Source: an uncultured bacterium (GTDB lineage Bacteria; Chlamydiota; Chlamydiia; Chlamydiales; Rhabdochlamydiaceae). From it: a stretch of DNA of 64,000 bases. The DNA lies in NCBI GenBank assembly GCA_964569185.1, contig CAZMTP010000002.1:1227-65226 (forward strand), in the 5' to 3' direction. The notes under the pieces were generated by a model. That model was not told the DNA's origin and ran no database searches. It was given only the letters and a program-made list of their open reading frames with translations. The stretch's first letter is position 1. Every line of letters starts with the position of its first letter. Of the stretch, positions 8,294 to 17,432 are shown piece after piece. The position numbers and the translations under genes are program-made.

Positions 8294-10212
8294 AAGCAAC
8301 GAAGCTGAGAAGATTCCTCTTTTTAGGGTGTATTGTTTTTTCTGTGCTGATTCATGGGGGATTGCTGTTCATTTTTTTCAAGACGCCTTTCTTTTTACGC
8401 CAAAAGCTCAGTAGCTTTTGGTTCAAATCTAATGACAAACCAGATCTGCTTGTATCAAGCGACCAGAAAGATTTGCCGGGGAAAATCAATCGCGTTCTTG
8501 AAGAATCTTTTAATCATGTCGTGGCTGCTAATGCCCAGCGCCCCAAAGTAATAGAATTGAAAGAAGAGGAAATGGCCTATATTGGAATTGAAGAGGCACC
8601 ACCTGAGGGCAGAACAGATCATGAAGAGCTCTTTGAAAAAGAAACAGCAGAGGGGTTAGAAGATCTACTTGAGGCCCCGCACGAGCCACAAGATTCTGAA
8701 ACTGCAAAGCAGCAAGAGCTCATAGAAGCTTCTGCAGAAGGTTTTGCAAGCATGGAGGAAGAGCCGCTTTTTGATCTCAATCCAGAAAAAGATCCTTTTG
8801 TGGGTGTAACCTTTAAACAATCTGAAGAGTTAGATTTTGCAGAGGAGCTTAGAACATTAGATAAATCTACAAATGCAAAAGAGATCGTCGATGATTTTTC
8901 TATTTCTGGGCCGCGCCAATCTTCTCAAATACCGGCTACACGTGAGCGAAAAAAGACGCCGCATTTATCGCAATTTTTAAAAGATAATTATAGTGCGGTG
9001 CAGCCCGCTGAAGAAGAAGCAGAAATTGCTTATGAAGAGGTCCCGGCCTCCAAACCTGCTTATGTACTGACAAATCCTGGGGAATATCTGCGTGAAGAAT
9101 GGATAAATAAATCGATTGCAGAATCAAAACTTCCCGATATGGAATATTATGGACTGTCTGAAATTGCCAGTTCTATTCTTTGGGAAGAAGAGATTCATGT
9201 TGATGTTTCTTACATTTCTGACCCTGAAGAGCATAAATATATCTTTTCTCTGACTGTTAATCCTGATTTCGATCTTGAAACAGAGCCACTGCAGCAAAAC
9301 TTCTACTTTATCATCGATCGTTCCAATTCAATTAAAAAGGCCCGCTTTGATGGCTTTAAGCGCGCTGTCCAAAGAGCCTTATCCGGCCTGCAGGAAGGGG
9401 ATAAATTTAACATTTATATTTTAGATAAGTCCATTTCTCGGTTAAGTGAAAAGAATCTTTTTGTTTCTACAAAAAACATTAAATTGGCTGAAGAATTTTT
9501 AGAAAAAGAAAATTATAAACCCTTCTTTTCTGGAAATGACCTTTATGATTCTTTAGAGAGGCTCTTTTCATTCACTCGAAACTCTGAAGAGCTGCATTCC
9601 GCGATCTTGATCTCTGATGGCAATACTCTTTTAAGCTCATCCAAACAGAAAAAGGCAATTCTGGATTGGTCAGAGAAAAACCAGGGCAATATCAATCTTT
9701 ATACGGCCACCTCTGGACAGGGCAACAATCTAGTTCTCTTAGACCTGCTCAGTTATACGACTTCTGGAAAATTTCTCTATTCCGATACTAATGCTTCTTT
9801 TCCAAGGAAGTTGGTTAAGTTGGTTAAAGATCTTCATGATCCGATCGTCAAAGAGGTCACCATTGATGCAGTGGCTACAGATCCTGGAAATCATATACAT
9901 ATCTATCCTTCAAAAACAGTACTCTCCCCGCTTTATATTAAAAAACCGCTTGTGGTGGTGGGCACCATCGATGATCTGGATGATTTTACTCTATATATTC
10001 AGGGAAAGAATCGCGGCCGCTGGCTACATATTAAGAAAACGATCTCATTTCAAGAGGCTATTAAGGGGGGACGCTCTTTGGAAAAATTGTGGGCTCAAGC
10101 GCAAGCGAATGTCTGCTATGAGCAGTTTTTAAAAGAAGGGAAGACGGCTCATCTCAAAGAAGCAAAAAAGATTTTGACTCCCTATAAAGCAACGATCTGT
10201 CTCGACCAGTAA
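8290..10212 (+). CDS. Membrane-anchored von Willebrand factor A (vWA) domain protein
   Basis: ATGA overlap with the upstream gene. N-terminal TM helix and an acidic linker. MIDAS-type DRSNS in FYFIIDRSNSIKKARF, followed by ILISDGNT. Confidence 0.8.
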   Translation: MKATKLRRFLFLGCIVFSVLIHGGLLFIFFKTPFFLRQKLSSFWFKSNDKPDLLVSSDQKDLPGKINRVLEESFNHVVAANAQRPKVIELKEEEMAYIGIEEAPPEGRTDHEELFEKETAEGLEDLLEAPHEPQDSETAKQQELIEASAEGFASMEEEPLFDLNPEKDPFVGVTFKQSEELDFAEELRTLDKSTNAKEIVDDFSISGPRQSSQIPATRERKKTPHLSQFLKDNYSAVQPAEEEAEIAYEEVPASKPAYVLTNPGEYLREEWINKSIAESKLPDMEYYGLSEIASSILWEEEIHVDVSYISDPEEHKYIFSLTVNPDFDLETEPLQQNFYFIIDRSNSIKKARFDGFKRAVQRALSGLQEGDKFNIYILDKSISRLSEKNLFVSTKNIKLAEEFLEKENYKPFFSGNDLYDSLERLFSFTRNSEELHSAILISDGNTLLSSSKQKKAILDWSEKNQGNINLYTATSGQGNNLVLLDLLSYTTSGKFLYSDTNASFPRKLVKLVKDLHDPIVKEVTIDAVATDPGNHIHIYPSKTVLSPLYIKKPLVVVGTIDDLDDFTLYIQGKNRGRWLHIKKTISFQEAIKGGRSLEKLWAQAQANVCYEQFLKEGKTAHLKEAKKILTPYKATICLDQ

Positions 10213-10214
10213 TA

Positions 10215-10790
10215 ATGAGCCTATTGAGAATTATTGGCGGCAGATTTAAAAGCCGCTTGATTAAGACTCCCAAATCTACAGTGACTAGGCCGACGTCCAG
10301 TTTGGTAAGAAAAGCGTTTTTTGATATCTGCCGCAATGAGGTGATAGAGTGCCACTTTCTTGATCTTTATGCGGGCAGTGGCGCTATGGGCATAGAGGCT
10401 TTGAGCCGAGGGGCAGCCCAATCCACCTTTGTTGAAACTAATAGGCAGGCCCTTCATTGTATTAAAGAGAATCTCAAACTATTAGAGATAGAAAAAGAGG
10501 CGGTAATCCTCATGAAAGAAGCGCTAGCAGCCCTAAAAAGTTTCAAAAAAGCCGGTACCTCTTTTGACCTTATCTATATAGATCCGCCTTATCATTTGGA
10601 TCCTCTTCCTATACTTCAATGTTTAGACGATTTTTCCGTCAGTGAGAGAGGAATGACCATTTTTTTAGAAGAAAAGGCGCCCTCTAAAGTAAAAACAAAA
10701 AAAGAGCTGTTTCAACATCTTCATTGGGTGCAAGAGAGAAAGTTTGGGACAACGGTCTTGAATCAATTTGATCTAATACCTAATAAGTAG
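10215..10790 (+). CDS. rsmD: 16S rRNA (guanine-N2)-methyltransferase RsmD
   Basis: SAM-binding LDLYAGSGAMGIEALSRGA and the catalytic IYIDPPY motif. Length is typical. Confidence 0.85.
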   Translation: MSLLRIIGGRFKSRLIKTPKSTVTRPTSSLVRKAFFDICRNEVIECHFLDLYAGSGAMGIEALSRGAAQSTFVETNRQALHCIKENLKLLEIEKEAVILMKEALAALKSFKKAGTSFDLIYIDPPYHLDPLPILQCLDDFSVSERGMTIFLEEKAPSKVKTKKELFQHLHWVQERKFGTTVLNQFDLIPNK

Positions 10791-10793
10791 AGT

Positions 10794-11276
10794 ATGGTTA
10801 AAGCACTATTTTCAGGGACTTTCGACCCTCCCACCCTTGGGCATCAAAATATTATAGAAAAAGCAGCCCATATCTTTGATGAGCTGATTGTCGCTATAGG
10901 TGTGAATCCTGCCAAAAGAGAGAACTTACTGCCAAAAACAGAGCGGATCAAGCTGTTAAAAAAATTCAACTCTCCATTTTCTAACGTGGAGGTGGTCGAT
11001 TTTCATGGAGCTGCAGCAGAATTTGCTAAAAAGTTAAAGGTAGATTGTATTGTGCGTGGGCTCAGATCTTTTTCAGACATCTCTCAAGAAATGCAGATGG
11101 CCATGATGAATCGGAAACTCACAGGAATTGAAACTGTTTTTCTTTTACCAGATGAAAAATATGGTTCCATCAGTTCTTCTCTCATCCGCGAGCTTGCTTT
11201 TTATCAGGTGAATCTTAGAGAATTTGTTTCTAAACAAGTGGAAGAAGCGCTTTATAAACTTAAAAAACCCCTTTAG
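10794..11276 (+). CDS. coaD: Phosphopantetheine adenylyltransferase
   Basis: N-terminal GTFDPPTLGHQNIIEKA (T/HxGH nucleotidyltransferase motif) and SSSLIRE near the C-terminus. Confidence 0.9.
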   Translation: MVKALFSGTFDPPTLGHQNIIEKAAHIFDELIVAIGVNPAKRENLLPKTERIKLLKKFNSPFSNVEVVDFHGAAAEFAKKLKVDCIVRGLRSFSDISQEMQMAMMNRKLTGIETVFLLPDEKYGSISSSLIRELAFYQVNLREFVSKQVEEALYKLKKPL

Positions 11277-11279
11277 CGA

Positions 11280-11495
11280 GTGAAGATGGAACGAGGGACA
11301 GTGAAATGGTTCGAGGAGCAGAAAGGGTACGGGTTTATTATTTCTGATATTGGAGGAAAGGAATTTTTTGTCCATTCATCCAATGTGAACACTCTCAGTA
11401 AAACTCTAGAAAAAGGAGAGAGGGTGGAATTTGAAATCGGTGAAGGGCCCAAAGGGTCTATTGCTATTAATGTCTCTACATTATCTGAAGGATAG
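11280..11495 (+). CDS. Cold-shock domain protein
   Basis: GTVKWFEEQKGYGFI (RNP1) and FVHSS (RNP2). Start may be the GTG at 11280 or the ATG at 11286. Confidence 0.9.
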   Translation: MKMERGTVKWFEEQKGYGFIISDIGGKEFFVHSSNVNTLSKTLEKGERVEFEIGEGPKGSIAINVSTLSEG

Positions 11496-11499
11496 ATTT

Positions 11500-12099
11500 C
11501 TAATCCCTACATCCTAGACGGAAACCTAGTCCAAGGCCAATGGCCCATCCGCCTAAATTAGCATTATGGCGCGTGATGACCAGGCCATGTTTTTCGTGAA
11601 AACCCACATGGGTATAGGTATAATCGGTAAAAAGATCGAGAAAAAACCAGCTTCCGAAGTTACGGATGGCACCTGCTTTTAACATTCCGCCCCAGCCCCA
11701 ATTTGTGCTATGTTTTACAACAAAATCAGAATCGTCGTGGATGTGCACATAGGTTCCTAACGCGCCAATGCCTAAGTAAAAATCCCAACATTCCCAAGGA
11801 TAAAAATATTTAAAACCGACGCCTACAGGAATAAAATAGATATTTGTATGATCTTTTAAACCGATGGAGTGGCCCGATTTAATAAAAAAGTCGCCACTCA
11901 CCCAGGTATAAAAATTGCACCAAGTTTGCACGGAGACTTCTGCGCCATAAATTCCAGAACTACCATAGACGCGGCGAAATAGGGTGCTTTCAGGATGGAA
12001 ATAGCCAGCTTTGAGCTCTGTGAGCACCTCAGTCGCTTGCAAATTTGAAATCACAAAAAAGACAGGGAGAGTCGTAAAGAGCGCAAAAAACTTTTTCAT
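11500..12099 (-). CDS. Small outer-membrane beta-barrel protein
   Basis: Signal peptide MKKFFALFTTLPVFFVISNLQA from the internal Met. Alternating aromatic/Gly-rich strands (GVGFKYFY, GGWAIGLGLGFRLG). Lies downstream of murI on the same strand. Confidence 0.6.
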   Translation of the reverse strand: MKKFFALFTTLPVFFVISNLQATEVLTELKAGYFHPESTLFRRVYGSSGIYGAEVSVQTWCNFYTWVSGDFFIKSGHSIGLKDHTNIYFIPVGVGFKYFYPWECWDFYLGIGALGTYVHIHDDSDFVVKHSTNWGWGGMLKAGAIRNFGSWFFLDLFTDYTYTHVGFHEKHGLVITRHNANLGGWAIGLGLGFRLGCRD

Positions 12100-12148
12100 A
12101 ACCACCGTTTTCTCACCAGAGTACTCTAATTTTGAAATTTGCACAAAT

Positions 12149-12928
12149 CTATTTTTGGGCCTGCTTGGTGAAAAAAGCTACGGCTATCTGAAATTGGGGC
12201 GTATGCTTTGATGCAAAAAATTGACAGGAACCAGCGACCTGCTGAGCATTTAAAAGCTGATGCTTCAAAAGGAAGTTGTGAACAGTAGATGCAAAAAGTT
12301 GTGCCGGATCGATGAGCATGACAGATGCGCCCAATTCTTCTTTAATAAGATGTTGAAGCAGAGGATAATGGGTACTTCCGAGTAGAACAGAGTCAATCTG
12401 GCAGCCTTGCAAGCTTTTAAGCGTGTCATGTACTGCTTGTTTTGCGATTGGGTGGTCTATTTTTCCTTCTTCGATAAGGGGAACAAAGAGAGGACAAGCA
12501 ATCGGAAATAGTTCAGCAGACATCTGTTTTTTAATCCGCTGCTGATAGATGCCAGAATCGATCGTGGCTTTTGTTGCTAAAATAGCGATCCGCTTATTTG
12601 TATGATGGATGAGTTCTTCTAAGGTTGGTTGAATGATTCCCAATATTGGAATAGATGAAAGATTTTGGACAGGTGCCAGTGCCTGTGCAGAAGCTGTGTG
12701 GCAAGCCATGACAATCAGTTTCACTTTTTTTTCTTCAAAAAAAGTGATAATGGCTTTTACCCGCTCAATGAGATAGGCCTGATTTTTTTCTCCGTAAGGG
12801 AGATGTGCTATATCTGCAAAATAGAGAAAATTCTCATGGGGAAGAATTTTAACAAGCTCCTTCAAGACCGTGAGGCCGCCGAGTCCAGAATCAAATACAC
12901 CGATGGGATTGTCACTATTTGGTATCAT
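12149..12928 (-). CDS. murI: Glutamate racemase
   Basis: VFDSGLGGLTV, MACHTAS and GSTHYP motifs around the two catalytic Cys regions. Confidence 0.9.
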   Translation of the reverse strand: MIPNSDNPIGVFDSGLGGLTVLKELVKILPHENFLYFADIAHLPYGEKNQAYLIERVKAIITFFEEKKVKLIVMACHTASAQALAPVQNLSSIPILGIIQPTLEELIHHTNKRIAILATKATIDSGIYQQRIKKQMSAELFPIACPLFVPLIEEGKIDHPIAKQAVHDTLKSLQGCQIDSVLLGSTHYPLLQHLIKEELGASVMLIDPAQLFASTVHNFLLKHQLLNAQQVAGSCQFFASKHTPQFQIAVAFFTKQAQK

Positions 12929-13541
12929 GAGGGATTTTTAGTTCTTGACCGATCATGATGGTGTCACTATTGAGCCCGTTAACTTTTTTGATCAGATCAA
13001 TTGTACTATTGTGCTGCCGCGCAATTTTCTCTAAAGAGTCCCCAGAGCGCACCTTGTAAGTTTTAGAAGAAGAAGGCTCTTGCATCGCTTTTGAAAGGGA
13101 AGAGAGGGTTCCTTTCAGTTTGGCTACTTCGTTTAGCACATCGCTTTGGTGGGTAATCTGTTTCTCACAAGAAAGTAGTTTTTCCCTGGCTTGCATTAGA
13201 GACGAATTGCTCTGATTTGCATAGGAAACCAGCTCTTTGAGCTCCTCTTTCATTTTGACTAGGGCTCTTTCCAGTTCGGCGACTCTTCTTTCCAGTTTTG
13301 CATCATTGATTTTATGGCTTACATCTGTGGTCTTAGATACCGAGACCTTATCCAGTTTTTCATCTAGAAGCTGAAACTCCATTTCATGGTGCTTAGTTTG
13401 CTGCTTTAAATCTACAATTTCAGACCGAAGCTCTGCGATCACATAATCGGTTTCGCTTTGGTCGCGCATGCCCATCATAAATTGAGGGCCGCAACTCGAA
13501 AAAAGCAGCAGTAGACTGCCAAGAAGACTAATCTTTTTCAT
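12915..13541 (-). CDS. Coiled-coil lipoprotein with C-terminal LysM domain
   Basis: Lipobox LLFSSC, a long heptad-rich middle section, and C-terminal LysM (YKVRSGDSLEKIARQHNSTIDLIKKVNGL...IGQELKIP). It overlaps pal by 14 nt and murI by 14 nt. Confidence 0.8.
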   Translation of the reverse strand: MKKISLLGSLLLLFSSCGPQFMMGMRDQSETDYVIAELRSEIVDLKQQTKHHEMEFQLLDEKLDKVSVSKTTDVSHKINDAKLERRVAELERALVKMKEELKELVSYANQSNSSLMQAREKLLSCEKQITHQSDVLNEVAKLKGTLSSLSKAMQEPSSSKTYKVRSGDSLEKIARQHNSTIDLIKKVNGLNSDTIMIGQELKIPHDTK

Positions 13542-14178
13542 AGATTCTAAATTCTACACGTCGATTTTTTGACCAGGCCGCTTGATTGTGGCTTTCATCG
13601 GCCGGTTTTTCTTTTCCAAAGGAAATGGTATGGATCCGATTAGGATCAATCCCTCTTTGTACAATGAGTGTGCGCACATAATTAGCCCTTCGTGTTCCTA
13701 AAGCCAAATTGTATGCTTCGGATGCTCTTTCATCGCAGTGGCCTTCGATGGAAACGTAAACTTTATGGTGGTCTTTCAAATAAGAGGCAATGCCATCGAC
13801 AATTTTGAAATATTCTGCCTTGCGGATCATGTAGTCATCTGTGTTAAAAAATACATTCTGGAAAATTTTTGCAAGATCGGCCACTGCTTCACGAAATTTG
13901 TCCAATGTAGGCAGACCGCTTCCAGGTTCTCCTGGAATATCTCTGGGTTGTGCAATCGCAAGCTCTGAGAACTGGGTTTGCAGATCCTCATCTTGCAGGG
14001 GAATGAAATCTTCGTCTTGGGGACCATAGAGTCCTTCACTGGCAAGAGCGGCATCAGGATTATCTCCCCATAAATGGTTCATTTTTGACTCCATAGAGGA
14101 ATGGCCTCCCTGATGGCGATTGCAGCTTGATAAGATGAGCATTGTGATTGCGCTAGTAAATAGCATCCAATTTTTCAT
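13528..14178 (-). CDS. pal: Peptidoglycan-associated lipoprotein (OmpA-C domain)
   Basis: Lipobox ILSSC. OmpA-like C-terminal domain EGHCDERASEAYNLALGTRRANYV...NRRVEF. Confidence 0.85.
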   Translation of the reverse strand: MKNWMLFTSAITMLILSSCNRHQGGHSSMESKMNHLWGDNPDAALASEGLYGPQDEDFIPLQDEDLQTQFSELAIAQPRDIPGEPGSGLPTLDKFREAVADLAKIFQNVFFNTDDYMIRKAEYFKIVDGIASYLKDHHKVYVSIEGHCDERASEAYNLALGTRRANYVRTLIVQRGIDPNRIHTISFGKEKPADESHNQAAWSKNRRVEFRIYEKD

Positions 14179-14194
14179 AAATTTTTATTCCTCT

Positions 14195-15553
14195 TTAACG
14201 TATTCCCCATGTGGGGTAATGTTTTTTTCCAGGCCCGCGGGTGATTTTGACCGCTTCGGGCTGATTTAAATTCACAATGTATAGTTCCGAAGAGTTGGGA
14301 TCTGTCGAATTAAATACAATGTGCAAACTGTCAGGCGCCCAGCACGGGTTTTCTTTATTTCCTGGGCCGAATGTGAGTTGGGTCTCTTCTTTGGTCTCAA
14401 AATCATAAATCCATATCTGCCGTATATCTTTTGTTTTAGCACTGAAAGCTAATTTAGTTCCATCGGGCGACCAGGCGGGACAGATATTTTCCCTATTTTG
14501 CTTTGTGATCATGACCGGCTCAGAGCGGTGCAATCCAGGAGTGGCAGGAATGATGTAAATGCGCGGCGAACCATTTTGGTCTGAAACAAAGGCGACCTTT
14601 GAGCCATCTGGACTAAATGTAGGAGAGGCTTGGGTCGCTTTGGGAGAGGAGTAAAGTTGCATGGGTTTATCGATCAGTTGACCTTCTGCATTAATTTGTT
14701 GGACAAAAAGATCGGCCTTGCCCGATGCATCACAAATAAAGGCAATTTTATCTCGCTTTGGAGAGATGGCTGGGAGTAGCTGGTTGCCTCTTAAATCGAT
14801 GATTCGTTTTCCTGTCCTTTCTTTCACTGAACTTTGATAGATTTTAGGTTGACCGATTTTATAGGAGACGTAGATAAAGCGGTCTTTTCCAAAATAGGGA
14901 TGTGGAGGCAGCAGGACAGGTGTGATGGAATAGCTCCCTTCATGCGTCACCTGCTTTTCATTCCCTCCATCAAAATCACACTCCCAGATTTCAGATTGCC
15001 AGCTGCTCTTTTCACCCGCAGAGCGACTCTTCTGTTTAGAATATAGAATGCGTGTACCCGCCACGCCCATCACATTAAAAAGTTCTTTTTGAATCGAATC
15101 TGCAAGGCGGTGTAATAGCCGGCGGTCTTGGCTCAAATCGCCTGTCAATATGATGTCTTTAAACTGTTTAAGAGACCCTTTTCTAGAAGAATAGACGTAG
15201 CAATGAAACTGGCTCTGGACAAGAAAAGGTTTTACCACAAAGGCCATTTTGCTTTTGTCCCAAAATTCGTGCTTAAAGGCCAGATGCGGATTTTTTTCTT
15301 CTAATGCTTTTTCTAAGTCCTCTCGGGGGGCGGCAACCTTTGTGAAACCATTGTGATTGAGATCAAAATGGAGAATTTCTGATAGTTTTTTCAAATAATC
15401 GGCGTTAAGCGGGCTACTTGCGTCCTGTATTCTGCCCAAATAGAGCGGCGCAAGCGCTTCTTGAGTATGGAGATGCACACGGATCTCATTTTCTTCAGCG
15501 TTAAGTTGCCATCCAAGGAAGAGCAACAAAATAGATAAGAGTTTTGGAATCAT
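14195..15553 (-). CDS. tolB: Tol-Pal system beta-propeller protein TolB
   Basis: Signal peptide and repeated propeller blades (PAISPKRDKIAF, PTFSPDGSKVAF, PAWSPDGTKLAF, PCWAPDSLHIVF). Located between the tolA-like gene and pal. Confidence 0.85.
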   Translation of the reverse strand: MIPKLLSILLLFLGWQLNAEENEIRVHLHTQEALAPLYLGRIQDASSPLNADYLKKLSEILHFDLNHNGFTKVAAPREDLEKALEEKNPHLAFKHEFWDKSKMAFVVKPFLVQSQFHCYVYSSRKGSLKQFKDIILTGDLSQDRRLLHRLADSIQKELFNVMGVAGTRILYSKQKSRSAGEKSSWQSEIWECDFDGGNEKQVTHEGSYSITPVLLPPHPYFGKDRFIYVSYKIGQPKIYQSSVKERTGKRIIDLRGNQLLPAISPKRDKIAFICDASGKADLFVQQINAEGQLIDKPMQLYSSPKATQASPTFSPDGSKVAFVSDQNGSPRIYIIPATPGLHRSEPVMITKQNRENICPAWSPDGTKLAFSAKTKDIRQIWIYDFETKEETQLTFGPGNKENPCWAPDSLHIVFNSTDPNSSELYIVNLNQPEAVKITRGPGKKHYPTWGIR

Positions 15554-16263
15554 ACGTCGTTACAAAAAGTCAAAATAAAGGTTTTTCGAGTTTCCTTACC
15601 ATTTAACGGTGGAAATTTTATAAGTTGCAGATTTTTTTCTAAATAATTTCTATTTTTTACACTCTCTGATGAGACTACTTTAAGTTTTAACACCATTCCT
15701 TCCTTATTGAGAGTCAGTTCGATTTTCACTTCGCCTAATTCTGGGAGATCTAAAGAGTTTCTCAAGCAGCTAATTAAAGAGTCTTGATATGTGAAATCTT
15801 CCTGATCAGGGCTATTATCATCGCTCATTTCTCTTATCGCGTCAATTTTTAATGGTTTGATCCATTTTGGCGCTTCGGCCTGTTTTAACGGTATATCTTT
15901 ATCTCGCTTCTGATCAATTTTCGCAATGGTTTCTTCAAGTTCTTGTAAAAGATGGGACACATTGGGGTCAACTTTCTGTTTTTTTTTCTCTTCTATAGGC
16001 TGTTTTTTCTTCACAGGGCTATTTTTTGCAATAACGGTTGGTTTTGACTCTTTTTTCGGGGGCTGTTTTGCAGGAGCGGTCTTTTGTGCAGGACGTTGCG
16101 GTCTTGAAGAATGTGCTACTTGCTTTTTCTCTTGCATAGGGGGAGCGGCGACCACAGTTTTCACGCGTAAATGCTTTTTTTCCTTTTTCATATCGGCGCT
16201 GATCATGAAATAGAGAAGGGCGACCATATGGATTGCGAATACGGCCGTGAATATCCTACGCAT
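15550..16263 (-). CDS. TolA/TonB-like protein (TM anchor, Lys/Pro-rich linker, C-terminal domain)
   Basis: N-terminal TM helix and a PAQKTAPAKQPPKKESKP linker. Positioned between tolR and tolB with 4-nt overlaps on both sides. Confidence 0.6.
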   Translation of the reverse strand: MRRIFTAVFAIHMVALLYFMISADMKKEKKHLRVKTVVAAPPMQEKKQVAHSSRPQRPAQKTAPAKQPPKKESKPTVIAKNSPVKKKQPIEEKKKQKVDPNVSHLLQELEETIAKIDQKRDKDIPLKQAEAPKWIKPLKIDAIREMSDDNSPDQEDFTYQDSLISCLRNSLDLPELGEVKIELTLNKEGMVLKLKVVSSESVKNRNYLEKNLQLIKFPPLNGKETRKTFILTFCNDV

Positions 16264-16266
16264 TCA

Positions 16267-16701
16267 CTATCCTCCTGGCTGCAAAATGACATCCAGTTCT
16301 TCAAATCCAGCTGCTTCGGCACAATTTTTAATCGTCTGATAGGTGCCAAAGTGGGCTTTTTTATCATGGAATAATTTAATAGAGAGACGCGGATTTTGCC
16401 GCCTAGCATTCTGTAATATTTTAAATAGCTCCTCACTACGCACCAGTTTTGAATGAAGCCAGATCGAATTATCGGGATGCACATAGAGCATGAGAGCATT
16501 TTCCTGCTGCAGTGATGGGTGCTGTTTATTTTCATGCGCTGCAGAAGGAGCCAGCGCGACGCGGTCTATATCTAGCATAGGGGCAACGACGATAAACATG
16601 ATCAACACCACAAAGACCACATCAATCAAAGGGGTAAGATTGATCATCCCCGCTTCTTCAGCGCTGACATCTTGTTGGGGCAGTCTCGATTTTCCGCGCA
16701 T
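16267..16701 (-). CDS. tolR: TolR/ExbD-family biopolymer transport protein
   Basis: INLTPLIDVVFVVLIMFIV, the ExbD/TolR signature TM with the conserved Asp. Operon context supports the call. Confidence 0.85.
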   Translation of the reverse strand: MRGKSRLPQQDVSAEEAGMINLTPLIDVVFVVLIMFIVVAPMLDIDRVALAPSAAHENKQHPSLQQENALMLYVHPDNSIWLHSKLVRSEELFKILQNARRQNPRLSIKLFHDKKAHFGTYQTIKNCAEAAGFEELDVILQPGG

Positions 16702-16709
16702 AAATGGTG

Positions 16710-17432
16710 TTAAAAAGGTTTACGGTATTGCAGTTCAATGGTTGACAGAAGCTTATAGAGAAAATCTTCCATATCAGAGGAATAATGCTTTAAACTATTT
16801 TTTAAATAGTTATACGAAATGAGTGCAGGGATTGCGATCACAAGTCCGAGCACAGTGGAAACAAGCGCTGTGGCAAGTCCGCCTAAAACAACAGTGCTGG
16901 AATGGACCGACCCGCCTGACTGCATCTCTGAAAATGAGATCAGAATTCCCCAAACGGTGCCTAGCAAGCCTATAAAAGGCGCTAAAGTGACAATGGTGGA
17001 AAGGATGAACAGATGTTTTTCTAGTTGTTTATTTTCGCTTGAGATGGTCGTGAGAACATGCGATTCAATGATCTCAAGATCAGTTTGGGAGAGATAGATT
17101 TCAGATTTGTTGAGCTCTTTTTTTTCTTGCGCTGCAAAAAAATGGTTTTTATTCAAAATATCCAAAGTTTTTTGCTTTAAAGAGAGAAAAATTCTACCAA
17201 ATGGTTGCTGCGTTGTTTCTCCCGCCACATCTTCTAGGGCTAAAAGACGATTTAAATGGGGCTGAAACGCTTTTTCAAAGGAAGCGGAGATTTTTTTTAT
17301 TTTTTTTGTCTGCTTCACTTTATATACAAGGACCACCCAGCAAATGATGGAAAGACCAAATAGACTGGCCAAGATGAGTTTACCAAAAAAATCTGCATGG
17401 GAGTAAGCTGAGAAGAAAACTGACGCTAGCAT
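16710..17432 (-). CDS. tolQ: TolQ/ExbB-family proton channel protein
   Basis: MotA/TolQ/ExbB signature (IVTLAPFIGLLGTVWGI...LGGLATALVSTVLGLVIAIPA). First gene of the tol-pal string. Confidence 0.85.
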   Translation of the reverse strand: MLASVFFSAYSHADFFGKLILASLFGLSIICWVVLVYKVKQTKKIKKISASFEKAFQPHLNRLLALEDVAGETTQQPFGRIFLSLKQKTLDILNKNHFFAAQEKKELNKSEIYLSQTDLEIIESHVLTTISSENKQLEKHLFILSTIVTLAPFIGLLGTVWGILISFSEMQSGGSVHSSTVVLGGLATALVSTVLGLVIAIPALISYNYLKNSLKHYSSDMEDFLYKLLSTIELQYRKPF

